From: a virus
Strand: one strand, 5' to 3'
DNA length: 64,000 nucleotides
Virus record (IMG/VR): IMGVR_UViG_3300032053_000047
Location: 1 to 64,000 of that record
The notes below the pieces were generated by a model that was not told where the DNA came from, ran no database searches, and worked only from the letters and a program-made list of their open reading frames with translations. Both the position numbers and the translations under genes were made by a program. Positions 9,201-19,299 of this stretch are shown here, one piece after another. Each line of letters opens with the position of its first letter. Within the stretch, counting starts at the first letter, position 1.

Positions 9201-10655
9201 ATGGCAATACAACTGACACCTGCTGATATCCTGACAATTTGGAATAATTCGGAAACCGACCGCACCTTACAGACGGAACGGGCCGAATATTATGCGGGCG
9301 ACCAGGCGATTTGCGACGAAACAGTCGAACGATATGACGGCCAGGACCGCAATCTCGTTGTCACCAACTGGGTTAGATACATTGTTAATAAACATGTTGG
9401 GTTTCTAACTAGCAAACCCATTCGCTATACGGCGCGGGAAGGGCAAGAGCCGGAAGCGCTCGTTAACCTGGATGCCATTTCTCGATACAACTACCTAAAC
9501 GCCATTGATGTTGAACATCTAAGAAATGCGATCCTCGCCGAATTTGGTGTCGAGGTCCACGGGTTTGATGGCGAGCAAATTGAGATCACCGGATACCCGC
9601 CGCACAACTGGGCGTTTCTTGAAGATGCAGACGGCAATATCTTGGCCGCAGTGTACTGCGCAACGTTGCCGATTGGTACATGGTGGCAGGACAAGATCCT
9701 AATAGCCGAACTCGATGTTTACACCTGCTATACCGATACAGAAATCATAACCCTTACTCTTGTTACCCAAAATGCGTCTGTGCCGGTGCAGGGAATCCCA
9801 ACTTCAACGCCTGGCGCAACTGCGGCAGCACTTCAGATTGTTGGTGAACCCGTCAAACACGAATATGGCTGCGTCCCGGTTATCCGTATGGCGGTTAGTG
9901 CTGACCGTACCGCCTTCATAGACAACGCTTTCATAACCCAGCAGGACGTGTTCAATGAAACCCGCAGCCGCAACGCTGACGATGTTGAATATAACGTTGA
10001 TGCACTTCTGAAAATCATTGGATACGCCCCCGATGCGATGACTCAGGTAGATACGGATGGCAAGACGTTCCTAGAGAAAATGCGGGAACATCGAATCCTG
10101 CCGCTTAAAGAAGGTGGTGAAGCCGAGTTTCTTACTAAGGGCAATGAATATACGAAAGCTGAATTTGATCTAAACCTCACCCGCGACGCGATTCATCTGA
10201 TGGGATCTGTTGCTGACACTGAGGCTATTGCGGGTGCGACAGGTGCCACATCGGGGATCGCCCTAAAGCTAAAACTCCAACCTCAGATAGCCCAAGCGGG
10301 CGTATTTACCTCGTATTTCGAGCAGGGTATCCGCGAACGTATTGACCTCATAAATATCATTTGGGCAGCTCAAGGTAAACCGCTCCTCGAAGATTATGAC
10401 GTGTCATTCAGCCTGCAAATCCCCATCAATGAACAGGAGATTTGGCAGGGACTGCCTTATCTAGATCCCTATCTAACTAAAGAAGACATCTTGAAACTTA
10501 TCCCCAGCGTAGAGGACCCAGCGGCGGCGGCAGAAGCGAAACAGGCAGAACTGGACGCCAATACGCCGACGTTTGAACCCCTTAACCCTGTGGGTGAGAT
10601 AGACGAAGAGGACGAAACGGAAACCCCAACTGAAGAGGAAAACGTAAATGCCTGA
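9201..10655 (+). CDS. portal protein (SPP1 gp6-like)
   Basis: YYAGDQ, NWVRYIVNKHVGFL..KPI, TSGIALKLKL; position after terminase; acidic tail. Confidence 0.9.
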   Translation: MAIQLTPADILTIWNNSETDRTLQTERAEYYAGDQAICDETVERYDGQDRNLVVTNWVRYIVNKHVGFLTSKPIRYTAREGQEPEALVNLDAISRYNYLNAIDVEHLRNAILAEFGVEVHGFDGEQIEITGYPPHNWAFLEDADGNILAAVYCATLPIGTWWQDKILIAELDVYTCYTDTEIITLTLVTQNASVPVQGIPTSTPGATAAALQIVGEPVKHEYGCVPVIRMAVSADRTAFIDNAFITQQDVFNETRSRNADDVEYNVDALLKIIGYAPDAMTQVDTDGKTFLEKMREHRILPLKEGGEAEFLTKGNEYTKAEFDLNLTRDAIHLMGSVADTEAIAGATGATSGIALKLKLQPQIAQAGVFTSYFEQGIRERIDLINIIWAAQGKPLLEDYDVSFSLQIPINEQEIWQGLPYLDPYLTKEDILKLIPSVEDPAAAAEAKQAELDANTPTFEPLNPVGEIDEEDETETPTEEENVNA

Positions 10656-11355
10656 AGAAAAAACCGAGGATCAAAAGGCCGCGACGGATGACGCTGCAAA
10701 AACGTCAACGGACGGCGCTATTGACACTCAAGACAAAGAACCCGATCTGGACACGCTTCTGAAAGACAAGCGGATCCAGGGCGAGATTGACCGGCGGATA
10801 GCTTCATTGCAAAAAACAATGGAGTTAAAAGCTAAGGAACGCGAGGCGGCTGCAGCAGATAAGGCCAAACGCGAATTCGCCGAGGCGAAGTTACTGGAAG
10901 ACAAGAAATTCCAGGAACTTGCTGAACTCAAAGCGAAAGAAGCCACTGATGCCCTGGCCAAACTAGAACGCTATGAACATGAAGCGAAAGTTGCTGCACT
11001 TCTCGACAAGAAGGGCGTGACAGACCCCGAATTGCGCTTATTGTTCATGCGTTTTAACGGCGATTTAACCGAACTGGACCCGGTGATCGACAAGTTCCAT
11101 TCACAGATCGAGGTCCAGGTCGAGAAGCGCGTCAATGAACGCCTCAAGACGCCGCCACCGCCGTCCAAGAGCGAAGCGAAACCCAAGGAAGACACTTCGC
11201 TGGACGCCCAAATTGCCGCGGCAGAAAAGGCCGGCGACTACAAAGAGTCGCTACGACTCAAGCAGATAAAAAGCAACCAACTCAATCAAATCATGCGGAA
11301 AGCACCCGCGTCAATAACGGAAGTAATAATGCCCCCAATGCCGGGGCAACAGTAA
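10648..11355 (+). CDS. capsid scaffolding protein
   Basis: coiled-coil, charged; lies between portal and capsid. Confidence 0.75.
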   Translation: MPEEKTEDQKAATDDAAKTSTDGAIDTQDKEPDLDTLLKDKRIQGEIDRRIASLQKTMELKAKEREAAAADKAKREFAEAKLLEDKKFQELAELKAKEATDALAKLERYEHEAKVAALLDKKGVTDPELRLLFMRFNGDLTELDPVIDKFHSQIEVQVEKRVNERLKTPPPPSKSEAKPKEDTSLDAQIAAAEKAGDYKESLRLKQIKSNQLNQIMRKAPASITEVIMPPMPGQQ

Positions 11356-11392
11356 CGTGTAATGCCGTCGGTGCCCGCTAGGAGAACCACAA

Positions 11393-12346
11393 ATGGCTTC
11401 TCAGACAGAGCCTATTTCAACGTATGATGTCCCCAATTATGTAGGCGAGGTTCTTTACCTCGGCGCTACACTGGGGAAAAGCCCACTCCTGTCCATGGCG
11501 GGCCTGACAGACGGTTATGAAACATCCCAGTGGAATGAGTATCCAATGGGCAACGTCCTCAGTGGTAACGCTGCCGCGCAGAACGTCGTAACTGAAGATG
11601 CTTCTATTGCGGCTATTGCCAGAACCAGTTATGCCGCAGCCCAGGCAACGAACTTCCTGGAAATCCACGACGTATCATACGTCCAGTCATACGCCCGCGC
11701 AGCCCTTCAGGGCGGAATCAGCGGCGTGGCTATCAATGGTGCAAAAGCTGCCGTGATTGGCAGCCTGGAAACCCAGCGGACAGCCCACCTAAAACAGTTG
11801 GCGTGTGATCTCGAATTCTCAGCCCTCCGCGGCACGGTCCAAGCATGGACGAATGCTGCTACTGCCGGCGCGACCCGCGGTCTCGTAACCGCCATCGAAG
11901 CCGGGTCCGAAACTGCTGCGGCTGGCGCATCGCTATCCAAGACGTTGATCGACACCGAGATCGCGCGTATGGCCGCGGCGGGTGCCGAGTTCACTCGCAT
12001 GGTGATCGCGTGCAACGCTCACCAAATGCAGATGTTGAACACCTTGTACGGGTTTGCCCCCCAGAGCATTACCGTTGCGGGCGTCCAACTTCAGCAGATC
12101 TGGTTGCCAATTGCGGGCCAGTGCGGCGTGGTCTATGACTCCGTACTCGCAACCGACGACCTAGTGTTCGTGGACATGGAGCATTTCCGGCCCGTGTTCG
12201 GAATCGTGCCGGGCAAACCGCCGATCTTCGTCGAACCGCTCGGCAAGATCGCGGCAGGCGAACAGGAACAGTTGTACTGCCTGTTCGGCATCGACTACTC
12301 GAACATCATCTTCCACGGCATGGTGAGCGGACTTGCCACGTCGTAA
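11393..12346 (+). CDS. major capsid protein (HK97 fold, SU10/DUF5309-like)
   Basis: PNYVGE...PLLSMAG, DLEFSALRG, EPLGKIAAGEQEQLY; size and position; strong SD. Confidence 0.85.
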   Translation: MASQTEPISTYDVPNYVGEVLYLGATLGKSPLLSMAGLTDGYETSQWNEYPMGNVLSGNAAAQNVVTEDASIAAIARTSYAAAQATNFLEIHDVSYVQSYARAALQGGISGVAINGAKAAVIGSLETQRTAHLKQLACDLEFSALRGTVQAWTNAATAGATRGLVTAIEAGSETAAAGASLSKTLIDTEIARMAAAGAEFTRMVIACNAHQMQMLNTLYGFAPQSITVAGVQLQQIWLPIAGQCGVVYDSVLATDDLVFVDMEHFRPVFGIVPGKPPIFVEPLGKIAAGEQEQLYCLFGIDYSNIIFHGMVSGLATS

Positions 12347-12419
12347 GCAGTAAACAGTTGAAGTGCGGCGGGGTCTAATAATAGGCCCCGCTAATTAACC
12401 ACAAATAGAGAGGATCTAT

Positions 12420-12863
12420 ATGGACGCGATACACATGCAAGCGAGGCTCGATGCGTTTTATCACGAAATGTCCGCGATGATCACTGATGTCGGGGTACAG
12501 GATGTTGCTGAAACCGACCTCGATGAAATCCTTGTGATATTACGGGAACGCTGCCTGTGGAAGAAAGAAAACGACACCACACTAAACGCTATGGGCACTG
12601 GTAGTAAATCCCGTGCGCAGGCGTTTGGAGAACTCAGTCTTGGCAATGCGCAAATCCAACGGATTCTCAAAGAGTTTTATGTGGGGCGACCAAAACTGAA
12701 AATGCTGGTAACGGAAACACCTAAACCGGAAACACTAGAAGCGCTTCCGGCATTTCCGATTCCGGTAACGCCCCTAGTGAAACGCGGGCCGGGTAGGCCT
12801 CCTAAAGTACGTGATGCGGAACTTGCGCCCCCGGAATCTGCCCCTACGCCCGAAACTGAATAA
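12420..12863 (+). CDS. hypothetical head-region protein with AT-hook-like KRGPGRPPK
   Basis: GAGG SD; position after capsid. Confidence 0.6.
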   Translation: MDAIHMQARLDAFYHEMSAMITDVGVQDVAETDLDEILVILRERCLWKKENDTTLNAMGTGSKSRAQAFGELSLGNAQIQRILKEFYVGRPKLKMLVTETPKPETLEALPAFPIPVTPLVKRGPGRPPKVRDAELAPPESAPTPETE

Positions 12864-12914
12864 CCACGGAACCAATGGGGGCGTTCACCGCCCCCTACGT
12901 GAAAGGACCACGAA

Positions 12915-13541
12915 ATGAAAACACACGGTAGTATCCAAAACCCCGAACTACGCATGATCCTGAATGCCGAAGGGTTGAAGCAGGTGGCGTTCATGCCCCT
13001 AGCGCCGGATGATGACTGGTTTAAAGTCTCGACCGTGCCGACGGCACACGCAACTTCCAGCGTGACCACGTTACTCGCCGCAGCAATGACGTTACCCTAC
13101 TGCCCCGGCTGGCCGGTTGTTCCCGTGTTGACGTGCATCGAAGACACGCACGATACGTGGACGGTAGTTTCGGCACTCGTTACGGGCATCAACCAGTTTG
13201 GCGATTGGTGCCAAGAAACAATTGCGGGTGTGAATAGTCCCGCGAAAACATGGACCGCAACGTGCTTAAACGCTTACCAGACCTTGATCAGCATCGTCAT
13301 CACGATCACGGGCGATGTTGCTGCGGCTGACAGGTACAAACTCGGGTTCAATAAAACCTATGGCGTCGGCTACCACCTCGAAGCGGCCACGGACCTGATC
13401 TGTTCACTGTTCAACTTCGCGGCGGACGCGGGCACGTTGTCTCTGGCATATCAGACATACATTATTGCGGGTACGCCAGCAGCAAGCGTCGCAACGAATG
13501 TGATCCTGCTCATGAGGCCGCAGCACTACTTCGGCAAATAG
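12915..13541 (+). CDS. putative virion structural/decoration protein
   Basis: Ala/Thr-rich; position. Confidence 0.55.
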   Translation: MKTHGSIQNPELRMILNAEGLKQVAFMPLAPDDDWFKVSTVPTAHATSSVTTLLAAAMTLPYCPGWPVVPVLTCIEDTHDTWTVVSALVTGINQFGDWCQETIAGVNSPAKTWTATCLNAYQTLISIVITITGDVAAADRYKLGFNKTYGVGYHLEAATDLICSLFNFAADAGTLSLAYQTYIIAGTPAASVATNVILLMRPQHYFGK

Positions 13542-13562
13542 GCCGAGGAGAGGCGGTGCATC

Positions 13563-13955
13563 ATGGCACTAGCAGTTACCAGAGAAGAATATTGCGAGGA
13601 CTGGCTCGCCTGTTACACGCTCGAATGGGTATCGGCTGCTGATGGCACGTTAAGCGAAATCATTGCGGCCATCCAGGGCACGATAGAACGTATTGTGTTC
13701 AAACCCTCAAGCGATGCCGGTGAAACCCCGTTCAGTCTCTATGACGTGACCCTACTTGATCGGGATGGTATCGACATACTATCCGGCAAAGGCGCAAACC
13801 TGAGCAACACGGCGGCATCCAGCGTGCTCGTTACAGACACCACGCCGGTACTGCCGATTGCGACTATAGGCCTGCTCACGTTGAACGTCGCCCATGCCGA
13901 TAGCGGCGGTGCTGGTACACACTCGGGCACAATCCGCATTTACCTGAGACGATAA
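13563..13955 (+). CDS. putative virion structural protein
   Basis: beta-rich (LYDVTLLDRDGIDILSGKGANL); position. Confidence 0.55.
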   Translation: MALAVTREEYCEDWLACYTLEWVSAADGTLSEIIAAIQGTIERIVFKPSSDAGETPFSLYDVTLLDRDGIDILSGKGANLSNTAASSVLVTDTTPVLPIATIGLLTLNVAHADSGGAGTHSGTIRIYLRR

Positions 13956-14012
13956 AACCTCCGGGGCGGGGCGTTCGCATCCTGCCCCGGATAACTCTAT
14001 TGAGGGCGTGTC

Positions 14013-14453
14013 ATGGCGAGCACATGGATTTCTGAAGTCGCTGCCGATACCTATTTCGCAACGCGGCTCGGCGCATCAACCTACTGGAGCAGCGGGGCAG
14101 AAAAAGAGGCCGCGCTAACTACGGCACAATGGCAGATCGAGAATTCCGATCTGTTTGGCGGTTATCCCGATGTATCCGTAACGGGCGAAGTTGCAACGCA
14201 GGCCATGGCGGATGCCGTGTGCGAGCAGGCGCTGTTCCTATTGCAAGACGCCGATGTCGATACCCGCGTGAACCTACAGGCGCAAGGAGTTCAGCAGGCA
14301 GGCATGGTGCAGGAGACGTACAAATTGGGCAACGGCAGGATCGCCATATCGGGCCGTGCTTATGCGTGTATGCAGAAAGCGGGCTACCTCAAATACGGTA
14401 AGGGGTTCCGGTATGACAGTCTGGCCAGCCAGAACGCCGATGATCTCGACTAA
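14013..14453 (+). CDS. head-tail connector (DnaT-like/gp15-like)
   Basis: ADTYFATRLGA..W, KEAALTTA, AVCEQALFLL. Confidence 0.7.
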   Translation: MASTWISEVAADTYFATRLGASTYWSSGAEKEAALTTAQWQIENSDLFGGYPDVSVTGEVATQAMADAVCEQALFLLQDADVDTRVNLQAQGVQQAGMVQETYKLGNGRIAISGRAYACMQKAGYLKYGKGFRYDSLASQNADDLD

Positions 14454-15799
14454 TGAAGGCAACCCACGTAATGCTTTTACAGCGGCGTAACGCGCAACGA
14501 AATCAAGTAGTTGATAATCAGGAAATATACAAGTCACAAATGTCGCCGCCGATCCCGCCCTGCCCCCTTTCCACACAACCGATTTGCGGACAACCTCTAT
14601 ACACGGTCCTCGACGACGGGGCTTGGGCGGGACAACGTTGTTTTCTAATTGGCGGCGGACCCTCTTTGATCGGATTCGATTTCTCGCGTTTGGATGGCGA
14701 ACTTGTTATCGGGATCAACCGGGCGTATGAAAAAATTGATCCGGCGATCATCTACACGATGGATACCCGTTTTATCGCATGGGCATCTAGCGGCACTATC
14801 AGTATTGAGGCACGCAAAAAACTCTATACGTCATTGGCTACCCGCGTTTTTTCTCGGGCATCTACAAAAAATTATCCTAAAGGTTTTTACATTATCGAAC
14901 GTTCAGGAAGCGACTTGTTTCAAGGCAGTTTACGCAAAGGGTGGTGTGGGCACAACAATTCCGGGTCCGGCGCATTATCTTTGGCGATAGCCCTCGGCTG
15001 TTCTGAAATTTACTTGCTTGGGTTTGACATGCACGGCGATCCGGTTACGGACAAACAAACCTGGTGGCATTCAGGGTATCCGGCGGACAGCATACAGAAA
15101 GCCAGCGTGGTCTACAAGGCAATGCGGAGCGCATTCGGACATCATGCGGATGCCATTAAAGAACGCGCGCGCGTTATTAACTGCAATCCCGATAGCGCAC
15201 TTCGCTGTTTTGAGTTTGGAGATCTCCCTGAACCATGTCCGCCGCGCCCTACGGTTGTGGGTTTCTACACGGCTGGAACTGGGTATGAAGCCGAAGCGCG
15301 AGAGATGATCGCCAGCGCTCACCGTATGGGACTCAGGACTGATGTGCGGGCAATTGAGAATCAGGGTTGGCAACGGAACACCTCGTATAAGCCGCGGTTG
15401 TTGCAGGAAATGGTAGAGAAATATTGGGAATCCGCTATCGTCTATACCGACGCCGACTCCCGGTTTATGCGTTACCCGGCGTTATTCAATGCCGATGGCG
15501 GTCTAGCCGATTTTGCCTATCACCGCCATAAGAGCAAAGAGGTTCTATCCGGCACGTTATTTATCCGCTGTAACGAATCCACCGCGGCACTTATGCGGCT
15601 CTGGGCTAAAACGTGTGAGCAAAATCCGCAGACATGGGATCAACGAAACCTGGAAATCGCGCTGGGCAAATGGGACGGCAACTGTTCCATATTGCCAGCC
15701 GAATATTGTTGCATCTTCGATTACAAACCCGCTCCCGATAAGCCCGTGGTAATTCACTATCAGGCGAGTCGGCGGCTGAAAAAGGAAGTAGGTGCCTAA
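14453..15799 (+). CDS. two-domain glycosyltransferase-like protein (MptE/DUF115-like plus nucleotide-diphospho-sugar transferase)
   Basis: FLIGGGPSL, IGINRAY, NSG...IYLLGFDM; C-terminal YKP, YTDADS (DxD), WDQRNL, VIHYQASR. Confidence 0.8.
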   Translation: MKATHVMLLQRRNAQRNQVVDNQEIYKSQMSPPIPPCPLSTQPICGQPLYTVLDDGAWAGQRCFLIGGGPSLIGFDFSRLDGELVIGINRAYEKIDPAIIYTMDTRFIAWASSGTISIEARKKLYTSLATRVFSRASTKNYPKGFYIIERSGSDLFQGSLRKGWCGHNNSGSGALSLAIALGCSEIYLLGFDMHGDPVTDKQTWWHSGYPADSIQKASVVYKAMRSAFGHHADAIKERARVINCNPDSALRCFEFGDLPEPCPPRPTVVGFYTAGTGYEAEAREMIASAHRMGLRTDVRAIENQGWQRNTSYKPRLLQEMVEKYWESAIVYTDADSRFMRYPALFNADGGLADFAYHRHKSKEVLSGTLFIRCNESTAALMRLWAKTCEQNPQTWDQRNLEIALGKWDGNCSILPAEYCCIFDYKPAPDKPVVIHYQASRRLKKEVGA

Positions 15800-16020
15800 T
15801 GTACTTCCTAGTCACCGGCGTACTGCGTGGCAGACCGGGCAAACATCATTTTGCGATCTGCGCCGATGACCATGAGCAGGCGGCCACGACGTTGCGGCGA
15901 ACACGCCCGAATCTCTGCGATGTTCGGTTTGAAGCATGGAAAATGTTTGCTGGAGAATCCTGGTTTAGTTACGAACTTGATGAAGATACAAAACAATGCC
16001 TGGTAAAACTACAAAACTAA
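15799..16020 (+). CDS. hypothetical protein
   Basis: TAATG coupling. Confidence 0.5.
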   Translation: MYFLVTGVLRGRPGKHHFAICADDHEQAATTLRRTRPNLCDVRFEAWKMFAGESWFSYELDEDTKQCLVKLQN

Positions 16021-16208
16021 AGAGCGGCAAAGTCCGCGTGCGATGGGGCGGCAAAGTCGTTGCCAAGAAGACGACAAAGAAGAAAGCCCAAGCCCAACTA
16101 AGGTTGCTCAGGGGAGTCGAACACGGATGGAAGCCAACAGGGAAAAAAGCGAGCAAAAAGAAGAGCAAGAAGGCGAGCAAAAAGAACCGGCGGAGTAAAC
16201 GGAAATGA
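15996..16208 (+). CDS. very basic Lys/Arg-rich protein
   Basis: AKKTTKKKAQAQLRLLRGVEHGWKPTG followed by a poly-K/R tail. Confidence 0.7.
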   Translation: MPGKTTKLKSGKVRVRWGGKVVAKKTTKKKAQAQLRLLRGVEHGWKPTGKKASKKKSKKASKKNRRSKRK

Positions 16209-17083
16209 TCGGCCACTACGTTACCGGCAATGACAAGGCCCATCTATATACGCCCACCTATGAACATTATTTCAACTGTCCCATCATAGGCACATTCAAC
16301 GTCAAGATCGATGGACGCATTAACGATTACCGGCCCTGTATTGTAGATGAGCAGGAACTAGACCGCCGCTTTTGGGTTGTCCGTATCAATGACAAATATT
16401 TCGCATGGGCGGTACGTTGGCGCGGTTCAAAAATGCCGTACAACATAATCGAACTCGTGTCCAAAATGCCGTTACCCGACGATCTCAAAGAAGGCGATCT
16501 ATCTATCGAAGTGCTGGAACCGCTCATAGGCGCTGAACTCCAGAAGTGGATATCTCAGCAAACCTACTGGTTCCAAAGTTTCTCATGGTCGCCGCAACGG
16601 GCCGACTCGGCACTAGTATGGAACGCCGTCAAGGATCATGTGGATTGGTCTGGCAAAACATTACTCGATATCGGCGGGGCAAACGGGGCGCATTGTTTCC
16701 CGCCGTCGCGGCTGGGGGCGCGGGTTACGTGTTTTGAACCCGATACGCCCGCCCGCGAAAAAGGGATGTTCATAAACGACCATATTGAGATGTGTGACGT
16801 GACCTTCTGCGATGCCGACTCCGATGGCGTGTTCGACGTGATTTTCTATTTCTCCGTGCATCACCAATGGGATGAAGCCTATTCGCATTTAGCGGAAACG
16901 CTTGCGCAGTTTAAGAATCGGGCGCGAGAGAAAGTCTTTGTCGAACTGATTGTACCTGACCTCACTAACAAACTCACTGAACTGCAGATTGACGCGATTG
17001 TCGGCGGTCAACCACTTCTAACCTATCGGCACAAAGTACGGCGAGTGCGGCGGATTTATGAACTAATAGGGGAAGCCGAATGA
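16205..17083 (+). CDS. class I SAM methyltransferase
   Basis: TLLDIGGANG motif I; FDVIFYFSVHH. Confidence 0.8.
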   Translation: MIGHYVTGNDKAHLYTPTYEHYFNCPIIGTFNVKIDGRINDYRPCIVDEQELDRRFWVVRINDKYFAWAVRWRGSKMPYNIIELVSKMPLPDDLKEGDLSIEVLEPLIGAELQKWISQQTYWFQSFSWSPQRADSALVWNAVKDHVDWSGKTLLDIGGANGAHCFPPSRLGARVTCFEPDTPAREKGMFINDHIEMCDVTFCDADSDGVFDVIFYFSVHHQWDEAYSHLAETLAQFKNRAREKVFVELIVPDLTNKLTELQIDAIVGGQPLLTYRHKVRRVRRIYELIGEAE

Positions 17084-17826
17084 TCTCTATCGTCATGCCC
17101 ACGTATAACCAAGGCTGGTATATCGCTGAATCCGTCCGCAGTGTTCTGGCGCAAACCTATAGCGATTTTGAATTGATCGTTGTGAATGATGCTAGTACCG
17201 ATGATACCGCGCAAGTGCTTAGTGCGTTTTTTCATCCCCGGATGATTGTCTTGACACGCACCGAAAACGGCGGCACGGGATTGACGTTAAACACCGGATT
17301 CAATGCGGCGTCACCCCAATCGGTTTATGAGACGTGGTGGGCATCAGATAACGTGATGTACCCGCAGAACCTGGCGATCCTTACGAAATACCTCGATGAT
17401 CACCCTGAAATAGATTTCGTTTACGGCAACTGTGATATCCGGCAAATGGATGCGAACGGAAAAGAGATCGGGCGCAAAAACTTACTGGCTGAGGTTAAAA
17501 CACAGACGTGGGATTTAGATCGCTTCTTACAGTCCTACCACCTCGGCATCTGCTGGTTATGGCGTCGGGCATTGCGGGAACGGGCCGGATGCTGGTTTCA
17601 AAAAACACCTTGCGAAGACTATGACATGACCGTGCGTATGGCCGCTGTCGGCGGACAGTTTGCCCATATCCCGCAGACGCTCGGGTGGTTCCGGCGGCAC
17701 AATCAGAATATGTCATGCCGCATCCGGGGCAAGGGGATCGCGCCGAATTACGCGCAGAACTTGCGCAAATTTCAGTATATCCAAGAACACGGTATCAGTG
17801 CGTGGATGAAAGAAACGGCGCAATGA
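17080..17826 (+). CDS. glycosyltransferase family 2
   Basis: ISIVMPTYNQ, ELIVVNDASTDDT, CEDYDM. Confidence 0.92.
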   Translation: MISIVMPTYNQGWYIAESVRSVLAQTYSDFELIVVNDASTDDTAQVLSAFFHPRMIVLTRTENGGTGLTLNTGFNAASPQSVYETWWASDNVMYPQNLAILTKYLDDHPEIDFVYGNCDIRQMDANGKEIGRKNLLAEVKTQTWDLDRFLQSYHLGICWLWRRALRERAGCWFQKTPCEDYDMTVRMAAVGGQFAHIPQTLGWFRRHNQNMSCRIRGKGIAPNYAQNLRKFQYIQEHGISAWMKETAQ

Positions 17827-18782
17827 AGATCCTACTCCTAAATTTGGAATTCGATTGCGGCGGCGCATCTTGGAATCTGATGGAGGCGATCCGGACGTGC
17901 CACCCTGGGCACGAAGTCAGGCACGCCATATTCAAGACCACCTACGCCGCTCCTAATAGTGACATTCTATTCAAGCGAGTAGAAGATCTGTTGCCGTTCT
18001 GCGAATGGGCCGATGTGATTCACTTCAATAACTGGCTTTGGACACACAAACCCGGCAACAATCGGCTCGGGTTCTATCCCGTTAATGAGTATGGCGGACC
18101 CTCGCCGTTTGAATCCGTATTGCAGGACAAAAGCAAAACTATCGTTTATCATTTCCACGGCGGCAATCACCAACTCAACCCGAAATATTGGCTTGACGAA
18201 TGCACTCGCATTGGCGTTCGTATCCTGAAATGCGACCCGTTGTGTCCGATACCCGGTGCAACATGGTTGCCAAACGTACTCGACCTGAAACCCGCGCAGG
18301 TCTGCCGACATCAGCCGTTCGGCGTGGCTATCATGGGCAATGTTAGCGATCAACGCCGAAACAATTATGCTATCCAATCCGTGTTGAAATACCTCGATAT
18401 CCCGCACAAGTTTTTTGGTGAAGTTCCCCGTCAAATTGCTCTCGTGGAACGCCGCAAATACCCGGTGTGTATTGATAATCTCACCCAGGGGTTCGCAGGC
18501 ATGTGGACGTGGGAAGCCCTCGCCATGGGACAGGTGCCGATTGCGCGGCTGGACCCGGCGGTAACGGTGCAATATCAGGGTGCGCCTATTGTCCAATGTC
18601 CCAACCTCGATTGGGTATCATTTCGACTTCGGCGATTTCAGGATGACCCGGTATTCTGGGATCAATGGTCGCGGGCCGGGGTTGCGTGGACGGAGGAACA
18701 CAATTCATCTGCCGCGGTAGCGGGCCGGTATATCGAGTTTTACCAAAAGGCAAAAGATGATCCAGACAATCTCAATCATTGA
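17823..18782 (+). CDS. GT-B fold glycosyltransferase (GT4-like)
   Basis: ADVIHFN, YHFHG, WLPN, WEALAMG. Confidence 0.7.
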   Translation: MKILLLNLEFDCGGASWNLMEAIRTCHPGHEVRHAIFKTTYAAPNSDILFKRVEDLLPFCEWADVIHFNNWLWTHKPGNNRLGFYPVNEYGGPSPFESVLQDKSKTIVYHFHGGNHQLNPKYWLDECTRIGVRILKCDPLCPIPGATWLPNVLDLKPAQVCRHQPFGVAIMGNVSDQRRNNYAIQSVLKYLDIPHKFFGEVPRQIALVERRKYPVCIDNLTQGFAGMWTWEALAMGQVPIARLDPAVTVQYQGAPIVQCPNLDWVSFRLRRFQDDPVFWDQWSRAGVAWTEEHNSSAAVAGRYIEFYQKAKDDPDNLNH

Positions 18783-19299
18783 CATCTGCAACCTAATACT
18801 TAAAAAGTGGGGTGCTGAATCCGCCCTTGAACTCGGTTGCGGTATCTGCGGGATGATTTCCCGCCTGCATCTAAACGAACGCCGCGTCGGTATTGATAAC
18901 TGGCAACCGTCTCTAGATGAAGCACGCGAGAAATTCCCTTTTGTAAAAACCATTTGCGCAGACATCCGCAGGGTAGGCGAGTTGTTCGTCCCCAGTAGTA
19001 TAGATATCGTCTGCGGGTTCGATATCTTGGAACACCTCCTATATGCAGATGCTATGCAGGTTATGGATGCTGCCGAACGCATAGCCCGGAAAGGAGTCAT
19101 TTGGTGGGGACCGCTCGAAGAAGACGAACCGCGCGATATTGAAACCCATGGCAACCCCGGCATGAAACACATACGGATTATCAACCTGAATGAATTTGAG
19201 ACACGGGATTATGAATTGATCACGTTTCCCCATTATTGGACAGAACTACCCATGTATGGGGCTACCGGATTTTTGGCATTCAAAGGAAGTGCGCAATGA
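18757..19299 (+). CDS. class I SAM methyltransferase
   Basis: ALELGCGIC, VGID, DILEHL. Confidence 0.85.
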   Translation: MIQTISIIDICNLILKKWGAESALELGCGICGMISRLHLNERRVGIDNWQPSLDEAREKFPFVKTICADIRRVGELFVPSSIDIVCGFDILEHLLYADAMQVMDAAERIARKGVIWWGPLEEDEPRDIETHGNPGMKHIRIINLNEFETRDYELITFPHYWTELPMYGATGFLAFKGSAQ

